64,000 bases of DNA from Lingula anatina (lineage: Eukaryota > Animalia > Brachiopoda), in assembly GCA_051362555.1 (NCBI GenBank), contig CM120640.1, forward strand, positions 30,523,967 to 30,587,966, given 5' to 3'. Of the stretch, positions 38,503 through 53,675 are shown one piece after another (position 1 is the first letter of the stretch; every line of letters begins with the position of its first letter). Under the pieces are notes generated by a model. That model did not search any database. It was given only the letters and a program-made list of their open reading frames with translations, and was not told where the DNA came from. A program made the position numbers and the translations under genes.

Positions 38503-39376
38503 TTAAACGTTAATAATTTTGTCAAATCTGGTCTAATATTTCTGAAATTTGTACAAATTATGCTTAACAACAATAGAAATCTGTGATAAGCTGATCAGTT
38601 GTTTGTATAGAATGAAAAGTGTTTTAAATATATTTGCGAAAACCAAAAATTACATTGAAAAGACTGGGAATTCGCAGGACTTGAAATAGTTAAACATTAA
38701 TAATTTTGTCAAATCAATTCCAATATTTATGAAATTTGTACAAATGATGCTTAACAACAATAAAAATCTGTGATATGCTGATCAGTTGTCTGTGTGTAAT
38801 AAAAAGTGTTTTTTGGGACAACAAATTTGGGAAAACTGAAAATTACATTGAAAAGACTGGTAAATCCCAGGCCTTAAAATAGTTAAACGTTAATAATTTT
38901 GTCAAATTTTGTCCTATATTTCTAAAATTTGTACAAATGATGCTTAACAACAATAGAAATCTGTGATAAGCTGATCAGTTGTCTGTATTGAATGAAAAGT
39001 GTTTTTTAGGACAATGTATTTGCGAAAAACCAAAAATTACATTGAAAAGACTGGGAATTCGCAGGATTTGAAATAGTGAAACGTTAATAATTTTGTCAAA
39101 TCTAGTCCAATATTTATGAAATTTGTACAAATGATGCTTAACAACAATAAAAATCTGTGATAAGCTGATCAGTTGTCTGTGTCTAATGAAAAGTGTTTTT
39201 TGGGACAACATATTTGGGAAAACTGAAAATTACATTGAAAAGACTGGCAAAACCCAGACCTCAAAATAGTTAAACGTTAATAATTTTGTCAAATCTGGTG
39301 GAATATTTCTGAAATTTGTACAAATGATGCTTAACAATAATAAAAATCTGTGATAAGCTGATCAGTTATCTGAGTC

Positions 39377-39840
39377 TTTTCTTTTAAGTGTCAAGTGTAT
39401 GGGAAATTGATCATCAGAAGAGTGAGAATTAACCAAAACAAATATTTCAATATTGCAATGTATTATTTACTCTGAAAGTAAACAGCAAATGTGATGATTT
39501 GAGGTTGTTTGTGTAAGAGGTTGCAAATTACCTATAACTGTCATCTGGAAAACATTATATACCCATACAAGAGTTCTCCTTACTACCTCTGCAAGATGCA
39601 GATTAGTTCTTTCTGGAAGGGGTTGTTGTTATCACAATACTCAACAAGGCCCTAAATCTTGCCAAATATCATGTATTGTACACATGGAGAAGACACAGTG
39701 CTGCTCTTGGTGGTATCTTTCACTAACTGCTTTTTAAGCTTTTTCATGGTGAGGGTACTCTGAAACAAGAACAATATAACTGAAAGGACTGAAAATTACA
39801 TTTGAAAAGAATGACAAATTCGGTGACTTAATTAAAATAA
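39377..39840 (+). repeat. Spacer block copy 18 (B)
   Basis: Diagnostic B alleles. Confidence 0.95.
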
Positions 39841-41686
39841 TTAAACGTTAATAATTTTGTCAAATCTGGTCCAATATTTCTGAAATTTGAACAAATGATG
39901 CTTAACAACAATAAAAATCAGTGATAAGCTGATCAGTTGTCTGTGTGTAATGAAAAGTGTTTTTTGGGACAACAAATTTGGGAAAACTGAAAATTACATT
40001 GAAACGACTGGCAAATCCCAGGCCTTAAAATAGTTAAACGTTAATAATTTTGTCAAATTTTGTCCTATATTCCTGAAATTTGTACACATGATGCTTAACA
40101 AAAATAGAAATCTGTGATAAGTTGACCAGTTGTCTGTATTGAATGAAAAGTGTTTTTTAGGACAATATATTTGCGAAAACCAAAAATTACATTGAAAAGA
40201 CTGGGAATTCGCAGGACTTGAAATAGTTAAACGTTAATAATTTTGTCAAATCTGGTCCAATATTTCTGAAATTTGTACAAATGATGCTTAACAACAATAA
40301 AAATCTGTGATAAGCTGATCAGTTGTCTGTGTCTAATGAAAAGTTTGTTTTTTTTGGGACAACATATTTGGGAAAACTGAAAATTACATTGAAAAGACAA
40401 GCAAAACCCAGACCTTAAAATAGTTAAACATTAATAATTTTGTCAAATCTTGTGGAATATTTCTGAAATTTGTACAAATGATGCTTAACAGGAATAAAAA
40501 TCTGTGATAAGCTGATCAGTTGTCAGTTTCTTATGAAAAGTTTTTTAGGACAATATATTTGCGAAAAACCAAAAATTACATTGAAAAGACTGGCAAATCC
40601 CAGGCCTCAAAATAGTTAAATGTTAATAATTTTGTCAAATCTAGTCCAATATTTCTGAAATTTGTACAAATAATGCTTAACAACAATAAAAGTCTGTGAT
40701 AAGCTGATCAGCTGTCTGTGTGTAATGAAAAGTGTTTTTTGGGACAACATATTTGGGAAAACTGAAAATTACATTGAAAAGACTGGCAAAACCCAGACCT
40801 TAAAATAGTTAAACATTAATAATTTTGTCAAATCTTGTGGAATATTTCTGAAATTTGTACAAATAATGCTTAACAACAATAAAAGTGTGTGATAAGCTGA
40901 TCAGCTGTCTGTGTGTAATGAAAAGTGTTTTTTGGGACAACATATTTGGGAAAACTGAATATTACATTGAAAAGACTGGGAATTCGCAGGACTTGAAATA
41001 GTTAAACGTTAATAATTTTGTCAAATCTTGTCCTATATTTCTGAAATTTGTACAAATGATGCTTAACAACAATAGAAATCTGTGATAAGCTGATCAGTTG
41101 TCTGTATTGAATGAAAAGTGTTTTTTAGGACAATATATTTGCGAAAACCAAAAATTACATTGAAAAGACTGGGAATTCGCAGGACTTGAAATAGTTAAAC
41201 GTTAATAATTTTGTCAAATCTGGTCCAATATTTCTGAAATTTGTACAAATGATGCTTAACAACAATAAAAATCTGTGATATGCTAAGCAGTTGTCTGTGT
41301 GTAATGAAAAGTGTTTTTTGGGACAACAAATTTGGGAAAACTGAAAATTACATTGAAAAGACTGGTAAATCCGAGGCCTTAAAATAGTTAAACGTTAATA
41401 ATTTTGTCAAATTTTGTCCTATATTTCTGAAATTTGTACAAATGATGCTTAACAAAAATAGAAATCTGAGAAAAGCTGATCAGTTGTTTGTATTGAATGA
41501 AAAGTGTTTTTTGGGACAATAAATTTGTGAAAACCAAAAATTACATTGAAAAGACTGGCAAAACCCAGACCTCAAATAGTTAAACGTTAATAATTTTGTC
41601 AAATCTGGTGGAATATTTCTGAAATTTGTACAAATGATGCTTAACAATAATAAAAATCTGTGATAAGCTGATCAGTTATCTGAGTC

Positions 41687-42149
41687 TTTTCTTTTAAGTG
41701 TCAAGTGTATGGGAAATTGATCATCAGAAGAGTGAGAATTAACCAAAACAAATATTTCAATATTGCTATGTATTATTTACTCTGAAAGTAAACAGCAAAT
41801 GTGATGATTTGAGGTTGTTTGTGTAAGAGGTTGCAAATTACCTATAACTGTCATCTGGAAAACAATATATACCATACAAGAGTTCTCCTTACTACCTCTG
41901 CAAGATGCAGATTAGTCCTTTCTGGAAGGGGTTGTTGTTATCACAATACTCAACAAGGCCCTAAATCTTGCCAAATATCATGTATTGTACACATGGAGAA
42001 GACACAGTGCTACTCTTGGTGGTATCTTTCACTAACTGCTTTTTAAGCTTTTTCATGGTGAGGGTACTCTGAAACAAGAACAATATAACTGAAAGGACTG
42101 AAAATTACATTTCAAAAGAAAGACAAATTTGGTGACTTAATTAAAATAA
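41687..42149 (+). repeat. Spacer block copy 19 (C)
   Basis: Diagnostic C alleles. Confidence 0.95.
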
Positions 42150-43026
42150 TTAAACGTTAATAATTTTGTCAAATCTGGTCTAATATTTCTGAAATTTGAA
42201 CAAATGATGCTAAACAACTATAAAAATCAGTGATAAGCTGATCAGTTGTCTGTGTCTAATGAAAAGTGCTTTTTTGGACAACATATTTGGGAAAACTGAA
42301 AATTACATTGATAAGACTGGCAAAACCCAGACCTTAAAATAGTTAAACATTAATAATTTTGTCAAATCTTGTGGAATATTCCTGAAATTTGTACAAATGA
42401 TGCTTAACAATAATAAAAATCTGTGATAAGCTGATCAGTTGTCTGTTTCTAATGAAAAGTTTTTTTAGGACAATATATTTGCGAAAACCAAAAATTACAT
42501 TGAAAATACTGGGAATTCGCAGGACTTGAAATAGTTAAACGTTAATAATTTTGTCAAATCTTGTCTTATATTTCTGAAATTTGTACAAATGATGCTTAAC
42601 AACAATACAAATCTGTGATAAGCTGATCAAATGTCTGTATTGAATGAAAAGTGTTTTTTGGGACAACAAATTTGGGAAAACTGAAAATTACATTGAAAAG
42701 ACTGGTAAATCCCAGGCCTTAAAATAGTTAAACGTTAATAATTTTGTCAAATTTTGTCCTATATTTCTGAAATTTGTACAAATGATGCTTAACAAAAATA
42801 GAAATCTGAGAAAAGCTGATCAGTTGTTTGTATTGAATGAAAAGTGTTTTTTAGGACAATATATTTGTGAAAACCAAAAATTACATTGAAAAGACTGGCA
42901 AAACCCAGACCTCAAATAGTTAAACGTTAATAATTTTGTCAAATCTGGTGGAATATTTCTGAAATTTGTACAAATGATGCTTAACAATAATAAAAATCTG
43001 TGATAAGCTGATCAGTTATCTGAGTC

Positions 43027-43490
43027 TTTTCTTTTAAGTGTCAAGTGTATGTGAAATTGATCATCAGAAGAGTGAGAATTAACCAAAACAAATATTTCAA
43101 TATTGCAATGTATTATTTACTCTGAAAGTAAACAGCAAATGTGATGATTTGAGGTTGTTTGTGTAAGAGGTTGCAAATTACCTATAACTGTCATCTGGAA
43201 AACAATATATACCCATACAAGAGTTCTCCTTACTACCTCTGCAAGATGCAGATTAGTCCTTTCTGGAAGGGGTTGTTGTTATCACAATACTCAACAAGGC
43301 CCTAAATCTTGCCAAATATCATGTATTGTACACATGGAGAAGACACAGTGCTACTCTTTGTGGTATCTTTCACTAACTGCTTTTTAAGCTTTTTCATGGT
43401 GAGGGTACTCTGAAACAAGAACAATATAACTGAAAGGACTGAAAATTACATTTGAAAAGAAAGACAAATTTGGTGACTTAATTAAAATAA
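43027..43490 (+). repeat. Spacer block copy 20 (D)
   Basis: D alleles plus TATGTGAAAT, shared with copy 28. Confidence 0.95.
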
Positions 43491-45141
43491 TTAAACGTTA
43501 ATAATTGTGTCAAATCTGGTCCAATATTTCTGAAATTTGAACAAATGATGCTTAACAACTATAAAAATCAGTGATAAGCTGATCAGTTGTCTGTGTCTAA
43601 TGAAAAGTGTTTTTTTGGACGACATATTTGGGAAAACTGAAAATTACATTGAAAAGACTGGCAAAACCCAGACCTTAAAATAGTTAAACATTAATAATTT
43701 TGTCAAATCTTGTGGAATATTCCTGAAATTTGTACAAATGATGCTTAACAATAATAAAAATTTGTGATAAGCTGATCAGTTGTCTGTTTCTAATGAAAAG
43801 TTTTTTTTAGGACAATATATTTGCGAAAACCAAAAATTACATTGAAAATACTGGGAATTCGCAGGACTTGAAATAGTTAAACGTTAATAATTTTGTCAAA
43901 TCTGGTTCAATATATCTGCAATTTGTACAAATGATGCTTAACAATAATAAAAATCTGTGATAAGCTGATCAGTTGTCTGTTTCTAATGAAAAGTTTTTTT
44001 TAGGACAATATATTTGCGAAAACCAAAAATTACATTGAAAATACTGGGAATTCGCAGGACTTGAAATAGTTAAACGTTAATAATTTTGTCAAATCTGGTT
44101 CAATATATCTGCAATTTGTACAAATGATGCTTGACAACAATAAAAATTAGTGATAAGCTGATCAGTTGTCTGTGTCTAATGAAAAGTTTTTTTTTTGGGA
44201 CAACATATTTGGGAAAACTGAAAATTACATTGAAAAGACAAGCAAAACCCAGACCTTAAAATAGTTAAACATTAATAATTTTGTCAAATCTTGTGGAATA
44301 TTTCTGAAATTTGTACAAATGATGCTTAACAGGAATAAAAATCTGTGATAAGCTGATCAGTTGTCAGTTTCTTATGAAAAGTTTTTTAGGACAATATATT
44401 TGCGAAAAACCAAAAATTACATTGAAAATACTGGCAAATCCCAGGCCTCAAAATAGTTAAATGTTAATAATTTTGTCAAATCTAGTCCAATATTTCTGAA
44501 ATTTGTACAAATAATGCTTAACAACAATAAAAGTCTGTGATAAGCTGATCAGCTGTCTGTGTGTAATGAAAAGTGTTTTTTGGGACAACATATTTGGGAA
44601 AACTGAATATTACATTGAAAAGACTGGGAATTCGCAGGACTTGAAATAGTTAAACGTTAATAATTTTGTCAAATCTGGTCCAATATTTCTGAAATTTGAA
44701 CAAATGATGCTTAACAACAATAAAAATCTGTGATATGCTAATCAGTTGTCTGTGTGTAATAAAAAGTGTTTTTTGGGACAACAAATTTGGGAAAACTGAA
44801 AATTACATTGAAAAGACTGGTAAATCCCAGGCCTTAAAATAGTTAAATGTTAATAATTTTGTCAAATTTTGTCCTATATTTCTGAAATTTGTACAAATGA
44901 TGCTTAACAACAATAAAAATCTGAGAAAAGCTGATCAGTTGTCTGTGTCTAATAAAAAGTGTTTTTTAGGACAATATATTTGTGAAAAATAAAAATTACA
45001 TTGAAAAGACTGGCAAAACCCAGACCTCAAATAGTTAAACGTTAATAATTTTGTCAAATCTGGTGGAATATTTCTGAAATTTGTACAAATGATGCTTAAC
45101 AATAATAAAAATCTGTGATAAGCTGATCAGTTATCTGAGTC

Positions 45142-45605
45142 TTTTCTTTTAAGTGTCAAGTGTATGGGAAATTGATCATCAGAAGAGTGAGAATTAACCA
45201 AAACAAATATTTCAATATTGCAATGTATTATTTACTCTGAAAGTAAACAGCAAATGTGATGATTTGAGGTTGTTTGTGTAAGAGGTTGCAAATTACCTAT
45301 AACTGTCATCTGGAAAACAATATATACCCATACAAGAGTTCTCCTTACTACCTCTGCAAGATGCAGATTAGTCCTTTCTGGAAGGGGTTGTTGTTATCAC
45401 AATACTCAACAAGGCCCTAAATCTTGCCAAATATCATGTATTGTACACATGGAGAAGACACAGTGCTACTCTTTGTGGTATCTTTCACTAACTGCTTTTT
45501 AAGCTTTTTCATGGTGAGGGTACTCTGAAACAAGAACAATATAACTGAAAGGACTGAAAATTACATTTGAAAAGAAAGACAAATTTGGTGACTTAATTAA
45601 AATAA
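45142..45605 (+). repeat. Spacer block copy 21 (D)
   Basis: D alleles; flanks match those of copy 1. Confidence 0.95.
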
Positions 45606-45969
45606 TTAAACGTTAATAATTTTGTCAAATCTGGTCCTATATTTCTGAAATTTGTACAAATGATGCTTAACAACAATAGAAATCTGTGATAAGCTGATCA
45701 GTTGTCTGTATTGAATGAAAAGTGTTTTTTAGGACAATATATTTGCGAAAACCAAAAATTACATTGAAAATACTGGGAATTCGCAGGACTTGAAATAGTT
45801 AAACGTTAATAATTTTGTCAAATCTGGTCCAATATTTCTGAAATTTGTACAAATGATGCTTAACAACAATAAAAATCTGTGATATGCTAAGCAGTTGTCT
45901 GTGTGTAATGAAAAGTGTTTTTTGGGACAACAAATTTGGGAAAACTGAAAATTACATTGAAAAGACTGG

Positions 45970-45977
45970 TACATGTA
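45970..45977. mobile_element. Putative TA-CATG-TA excision footprint, second copy
   Basis: GGTACATGTAAATCCC, same context as 2155. Confidence 0.6.
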
Positions 45978-46489
45978 AATCCCAGGCCTTAAAATAGTTA
46001 AACGTTAATAATTTTGTCAAATTTTGTCCTATATTTCTGAAATTTGTACAAATGATGCTTAACAAAAATAGAAATCTGTGATAAGCTGATCAAATGTCTG
46101 TATTGAATGAAAAGTGTTTTTTGGGACAACAAATTTGGGAAAACTGAAAATTATATTGAAAAGACTGGTAAATCCCAGGCCTTAAAATAGTTAAACGTTA
46201 ATAATTTTGTCAAATTTTGTCCTATATTTCTGAAATTTGTACAAATGATGCTTAACAAAAATAGAAATCTGAGAAAAGCTGATCAGTTGTTTGTATTGAA
46301 TGAAAAGTGTTTTTTAGGACAATATATTTGTGAAAACCAAAAATTACATTGAAAAGACTGGCAAAACCCAGACCTCAAATAGTTAAACATTAATAATTTT
46401 GTCAAATCTGCTGGAATATTTCTGAAATTTGTACAAATGATGCTTAACAATAATAAAAATCTGTGATAAGCTGATCAGTTATCTGAGTC

Positions 46490-46952
46490 TTTTCTTTTAA
46501 GTGTCAAGTGTATGGAAAATTGATCATCAGAAGAGTGAGAATTAACCAAAACAAATATTTCAATATTGCAATGTATTATTTACTCTGAAAGTAAACAGCA
46601 AATGTGATGATTTGAGGTTGTTTGTGTAAGAGGTTGCAAATTACCTATAACTGTCATCTGGAAAACAATATATACCATACAAGAGTTCTCCTTACTACCT
46701 CTGCAAGATGCAGATTAGTCCTTTCTGGAAGGGGTTGTTGTTATCACAATACTCAACAAGGCCCTAAATCTTGCCAAATATCATGTATTGTACACATGGA
46801 GAAGACACAGTGCTACTCTTTGTAGTATCTTTCACTAACTGCTTTTTAAGCTTTTTCATGGTGAGGGTACTCTGAAACAAGAACAATATAACTGAAAGGA
46901 CTGAAAATTACATTTGAAAAGAAAGACAAATTTGGTGACTTAATTAAAATAA
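46490..46952 (+). repeat. Spacer block copy 22 (A-type left end, copy-6-like right end)
   Basis: GGAAAATTG and ACCAT, but CTTTGTAG and TTTGGTG, followed by TGGACCAATA. Confidence 0.93.
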
Positions 46953-48021
46953 TTAAACGTTAATAATTTTGTCAAATCTGGACCAATATTTCTGAAATTT
47001 GAACAAATGATGCTTAACAACAATAAAAATCAGTGATAAGCTGATCAGTTGTCTGTGTCTAATGAAAAGTGTTTTTTTGGACAACATATTTGGGAAAACT
47101 GAAAATTACATTGAAAAGACTGGCAAAACCCAGACCTTAAAATAGTTAAACATTAATAATTTTGTCAAATCTTGTGGAATATTTCTGAAATTTGTACAAA
47201 TGATGCTTAACAATAATAAAAATCTGTGATAAGCTGATCAGTTGTCTGTTTCTAATGAAAAGTTTTTTTAGGACAATATATTTGCGAAAACCAAAAATTA
47301 CATTGAAAAGACTGGGAATTCGCAGGACTTGAAATAGTTAAACGTTAATCATTTTGTCAAATCTAGTCCAATATTTATGAAATTTGTACAAATGATGCTT
47401 AACAACAATAAAAATCTGTGATAAGCTGATCAGTTGTCTGTGTCTAATGAAAAGTGTTTTTTGGGACAACATATTTGGGAAAACTGAAAATTACATTGAA
47501 AAGACTGGGAAAACCCAGACCTTAAAATAGTTAAACGTTAATAATTTTGTCAAATCTTGTGGAATATTTCTGAAATTTGTACAAATGATGCTTAACAACA
47601 ATAAAAATCTGTGATAAGCTGATCAGTTGTCTGTATTGAATGAAAAGTGTTTTTTGGGACAACATATTTGGGAAAACTGAAAATTACATTGAAAAGACTG
47701 GCAAAACCCAGACCTCAAAATAGTTAAACGTTAATAATTTTGTCAAATCTGGTCCAATATTTCTGAAATTTGTACAAATGATGCTTAACAACAATAAAAA
47801 TCTGTGATATGCTAAGCAGTTGTCTGTGTGTAATGAAAAGTGTTTTTTGGGACAACAAATTTGGGAAAACTGAAAATTACATTGAAAAGACTGGAAAACC
47901 CAGACCTCAAATAGTTAAACGTTAATAATTTTGTCAAATCTGGTGGAATATTTCTGAAATTTGTACAAATGATGCTTAACAATAATAAAAATCTGTGATA
48001 AGCTGATCAGTTATCTGAGTC

Positions 48022-48484
48022 TTTTCTTTTAAGTGTCAAGTGTATGGGAAATTGATCATCAGAAGAGTGAGAATTAACCAAAACAAATATTTCAATATTG
48101 CTATGTATTATTTACTCTGAAAGTAAACAGCAAATGTGATGATTTGAGGTTGTTTGTGTAAGAGGTTGCAAATTACCTATAACTGTCATCTGGAAAACAA
48201 TATATACCATACAAGAGTTCTCCTTACTACCTCTGCAAGATGCAGATTAGTCCTTTCTGGAAGGGGTTGTTGTTATCACAATACTCAACAAGGCCCTAAA
48301 TCTTGCCAAATATCATGTATTGTACACATGGAGAAGACACAGTGCTACTCTTGGTGGTATCTTTCACTAACTGCTTTTTAAGCTTTTTCATGGTGAGGGT
48401 ACTCTGAAACAAGAACAATATAACTGAAAGGACTGAAAATTACATTTCAAAAGAAAGACAAATTTGGTGACTTAATTAAAATAA
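48022..48484 (+). repeat. Spacer block copy 23 (C)
   Basis: Diagnostic C alleles. Confidence 0.95.
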
Positions 48485-49361
48485 TTAAACGTTAATAATT
48501 TTGTCAAATCTGGTCCAATATTTCTGAAATTTGAACAAATGATGCTAAACAACTATAAAAATCAGTGATAAGCTGATCAGTTGTCTGTGTCTAATGAAAA
48601 GTGCTTTTTTGGACAACATATTTGGGAAAACTGAAAATTACATTGATAAGACTGGCAAAACCCAGACCTTAAAATAGTTAAACATTAATAATTTTGTCAA
48701 ATCTTGTGGAATATTCCTGAAATTTGTACAAATGATGCTTAACAATAATAAAAATCTGTGATAAGCTGATCAGTTGTCTGTTTCTAATGAAAAGTTTTTT
48801 TAGGACAATATATTTGCGAAAACCAAAAATTACATTGAAAATACTGGGAATTCGCAGGACTTGAAATAGTTAAACGTTAATAATTTTGTCAAATCTTGTC
48901 TTATATTTCTGAAATTTGTACAAATGATGCTTAACAACAATACAAATCTGTGATAAGCTGATCAAATGTCTGTATTGAATGAAAAGTGTTTTTTGGGACA
49001 ACAAATTTGGGAAAACTGAAAATTACATTGAAAAGACTGGTAAATCCCAGGCCTTAAAATAGTTAAACGTTAATAATTTTGTCAAATTTTGTCCTATATT
49101 TCTGAAATTTGTACAAATGATGCTTAACAAAAATAGAAATCTGAGAAAAGCTGATCAGTTGTTTGTATTGAATGAAAAGTGTTTTTTAGGACAATATATT
49201 TGTGAAAACCAAAAATTACATTGAAAAGACTGGCAAAACCCAGACCTCAAATAGTTAAACGTTAATAATTTTGTCAAATCTGGTGGAATATTTCTGAAAT
49301 TTGTACAAATGATGCTTAACAATAATAAAAATCTGTGATAAGCTGATCAGTTATCTGAGTC

Positions 49362-49825
49362 TTTTCTTTTAAGTGTCAAGTGTATGGGAAATTGATCATC
49401 AGAAGAGTGAGAATTAACCAAAACAAATATTTCAATATTGCAATGTATTATTTACTCTGAAAGTAAACAGCAAATGTGATGATTTGAGGTTGTTTGTGTA
49501 AGAGGTTGCAAATTACCTATAACTGTCATCTGGAAAACAATATATACCCATACAAGAGTTCTCCTTACTACCTCTGCAAGATGCAGATTAGTCCTTTCTG
49601 GAAGGGGTTGTTGTTATCACAATACTCAACAAGGCCCTAAATCTTGCCAAATATCATGTATTGTACACATGGAGAAGACACAGTGCTACTCTTTGTGGTA
49701 TCTTTCACTAACTGCTTTTTAAGCTTTTTCATGGTGAGGGTACTCTGAAACAAGAACAATATAACTGAAAGGACTGAAAATTACATTTGAAAAGAAAGAC
49801 AAATTTGGTGACTTAATTAAAATAA
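49362..49825 (+). repeat. Spacer block copy 24 (D)
   Basis: Diagnostic D alleles. Confidence 0.95.
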
Positions 49826-52800
49826 TTAAACGTTAATAATTTTGTCAAATCTGGTCCAATATTTCTGAAATTTGAACAAATGATGCTTAACAACTATAAA
49901 AATCAGTGATAAGCTGATCAGTTGTCTGTGTCTAATGAAAAGTGTTTTTTTGGACGACATATTTGGGAAAACTGAAAATTACATTGAAAAGACTGGCAAA
50001 ACCCAGACCTTAAAATAGTTAAACATTAATAATTTTGTCAAATCTTGTGGAATATTCCTGAAATTTGTACAAATGATGCTTAACAATAATAAAAATCTGT
50101 GATAAGCTGATCAGTTGTCTGTTTCTAATGAAAAGTTTTTTTTAGGACAATATATTTGCGAAAACCAAAAATTACATTGAAAATACTGGGAATTCGCAGG
50201 ACTTGAAATAGTTAAACGTTAATAATTTTGTCAAATCTGGTTCAATATATCTGCAATTTGTACAAATGATGCTTAACAATAATAAAAATCTGTGATAAGC
50301 TGATCAGTTGTCTGTTTCTAATGAAAAGTTTTTTTTAGGACAATATATTTGCGAAAACCAAAAATTACATTGAAAATACTGGGAATTCGCAGGACTTGAA
50401 ATAGTTAAACGTTAATAATTTTGTCAAATCTGGTTCAATATATCTGCAATTTGTACAAATGATGCTTGACAACAATAAAAATTAGTGATAAGCTGATCAG
50501 TTGTCTGTGACTAATGAAAAATGTTTTTTTGGACAACATATTTGGGAAAACTGAAAATTACATTGAAAAGACTGGGAAAACCCAGACCTTAAAATAGTTA
50601 AACATTAATAATTTTGTCAAATCTTGTGAAATATTTCTGAAATTTGTACAAATAATGCTTAACAACAATAAAAATCTGTGATAAGCTGATAATTGTCTGT
50701 GTCTAATGAAAAGTGTTTTTTTGGACAACATATTTGGGAAAACTGAAAATTACATGAAAAAGACTGAGAATTTGCAGGACTTGAAATAGTTAAACATTAA
50801 TAATTTTGTCTAATCTAGTCCAATATTTCTGAAATTTGTGCAAATGATGCTTAACTATAATTAAAATCTGTGAGAAGCTGATCAGTTGTCTGTGTGTAAT
50901 GAAAAGTGTTTTTTGGGACAATATATTTGCGAAAACCAAAAATTACATTGAAAATACTGGGAATTCGCAGGACTTGAAATAGTTAAACGTTAATAATTTT
51001 GTCAAATCTGGTTCAATATATCTGAAATTTGTACAAATGATGCTTGACAACAATAAAAATTAGTGATAAGCTGATCAGTTGTCTGTATTGAATGAAAAGA
51101 GTTTTTTTGGACAACATATTTGGGAAAACTGAAAATTACATTGAAAAGACTGGGAAAACCCAGAGCTTAAAATAGTTAAACATTAATAATTTTGTCAAAT
51201 CTTGTGGAAAATTTCTGAAATTTGTACAAATAATGCTTAACAACAATAAAAATCTGTGATAAGCTGATCAGTTGTCTGTGTCTAATGAAAAGTGTTTTTT
51301 TGGACAACATATTTGGGAAAACTGAAAATTACATGAAAAAGACTGGGAATTTGCAGGACTTGAAATAGTTAAACGTTAATAATTTTGTCTAATCTAGTCC
51401 AATATTTCTGAAATTTGTACAAATGATGCTTAACTATAATTAAAATCTGTGATAAGCTGATCAGTTGTTTGTGTGTAATGAAAAGTGTTTTTTGGGACAA
51501 CAAATTTGGGAAAACTGAAAATTACATTGAAAAGACTGGCAAATCCCAGGCCTTAAAATAGTTAAACGTTAATAATTTTGTCAAATCTGGTTCAATATAT
51601 CTGCAATTTGTACAAATGATGCTTGACAACAATAAAAATTAGTGATAAGCTGATCAGTTGTCTGTGTCTAATGAAAAGTTTTTTTTTTTGGGACAACATA
51701 TTTGGGAAAACTGAAAATTACATTGAAAAGACAAGCAAAACCCAGACCTTAAAATAGTTAAACATTAATAATTTTGTCAAATCTTGTGGAATATTTCTGA
51801 AATTTGTACAAATGATGCTTAACAGGAATAAAAATCTGTGATAAGCTGATCAGTTGTCAGTTTCTTATGAAAAGTTTTTTAGGACAATATATTTGCGAAA
51901 AACCAAAAATTACATTGAAAAGACTGGCAAATCCCAGGCCTCAAAATAGTTAAATGTTAATAATTTTGTCAAATCTAGTCCAATATTTCTGAAATTTGTG
52001 CAAATGATGCTTAACTATAATTAAAATCTGTGAGAAGCTGATCAGTTGTCTGTGTGTAATGAAAAGTGTTTTTTGGGACAATATATTTGCGAAAACCAAA
52101 AATTACATTGAAAAGACTGGGAATTCGCAGGACTTGAAATAGTTAAACATTAATAATTTTGTCAAATCTTGTGGAATATTTCTGAAATTTGTACAAATGA
52201 TGCTTAACAGGAATAAAAATCTGTGATAAGCTGATCAGTTGTCAGTTTCTTATGAAAAGTTTTTTAGGACAATATATTTGCGAAAAACCAAAAATTACAT
52301 TGAAAAGACTGGCAAATCCCAGGCCTCAAAATAGTTAAATGTTAATAATTTTGTCAAATCTGGTTCAATATATCTGAAATTTGTACAAATGATGCTTAAC
52401 AACAATAAAAATCAGTGATAAGCTGATCAGTTGTCTGTATTGAATGAAAAGAGTTTTTTTGGACAACATATTTGGGAAAACTGAAAATTACATTGAAAAG
52501 ACTGGGAAAACCCAGAGCTTAAAAGAGTTAAACATTAATAATTTTGTCAAATCTTGTGGAATATTCCTGAAATTTGTACAAATGATGCTTAACAATAATA
52601 AAAATCTGTGATAAGCTGATCAGTTGTCTGTTTCTAATGAAAAGTTTTTTTTAGGACAATATATTTGCGAAAACCAAAAATTACATTGAAAATACTGGGA
52701 ATTCGCAGGACTTGAAATAGTTAAACGTTAATAATTTTGTCAAATCTTGTCTTATATTTCTGAAATTTGTACAAATGATGCTTAACAACAATACAAATCT

Positions 52801-53212
52801 GTGATAAGCTGATCAAATGTCTGTATTGAATGAAAAGTGTTTTTTGGGACAACAAATTTGGGAAAACTGAAAATTACATTGAAAAGACTGGTAAATCCCA
52901 GGCCTTAAAATAGTTAAACGTTAATAATTTTGTCAAATTTTGTCCTATATTTCTGAAATTTGTACAAATGATGCTTAACAAAAATAGAAATCTGAGAAAA
53001 GCTGATCAGTTGTTTGTATTGAATGAAAAGTGTTTTTTAGGACAATATATTTGTGAAAACCAAAAATTACATTGAAAAGACTGGCAAAACCCAGACCTCA
53101 AATAGTTAAACATTAATAATTTTGTCAAATCTGCTGGAATATTTCTGAAATTTGTACAAATGATGCTTAACAATAATAAAAATCTGTGATAAGCTGATCA
53201 GTTATCTGAGTC

Positions 53213-53675
53213 TTTTCTTTTAAGTGTCAAGTGTATGGAAAATTGATCATCAGAAGAGTGAGAATTAACCAAAACAAATATTTCAATATTGCAATGTATT
53301 ATTTACTCTGAAAGTAAACAGCAAATGTGATGATTTGAGGTTGTTTGTGTAAGAGGTTGCAAATTACCTATAACTGTCATCTGGAAAACAATATATACCA
53401 TACAAGAGTTCTCCTTACTACCTCTGCAAGATGCAGATTAGTCCTTTCTGGAAGGGGTTGTTGTTATCACAATACTCAACAAGGCCCTAAATCTTGCCAA
53501 ATATCATGTATTGTACACATGGAGAAGACACAGTGCTACTCTTGGTGGTATCTTTCACTAACTGCTTTTTAAGCTTTTTCATGGTGAGGGTACTCTGAAA
53601 CAAGAACAATATAACTGAAAGGACTGAAAATTACATTTGAAAAGAAAGACAAATTCGGTGACTTAATTAAAATAA
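53213..53675 (+). repeat. Spacer block copy 25 (A)
   Basis: Diagnostic A alleles. Confidence 0.95.

Larger units (their letters stand above)
32545..47717 (+). repeat. 15,173-bp higher-order unit, copy 1
   Basis: Constant offset of 15173 for ORFs 32981/48154, 38172/53345, 41819/56992, 45759/60932, 46622/61795 and for rare variants. Confidence 0.93.
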
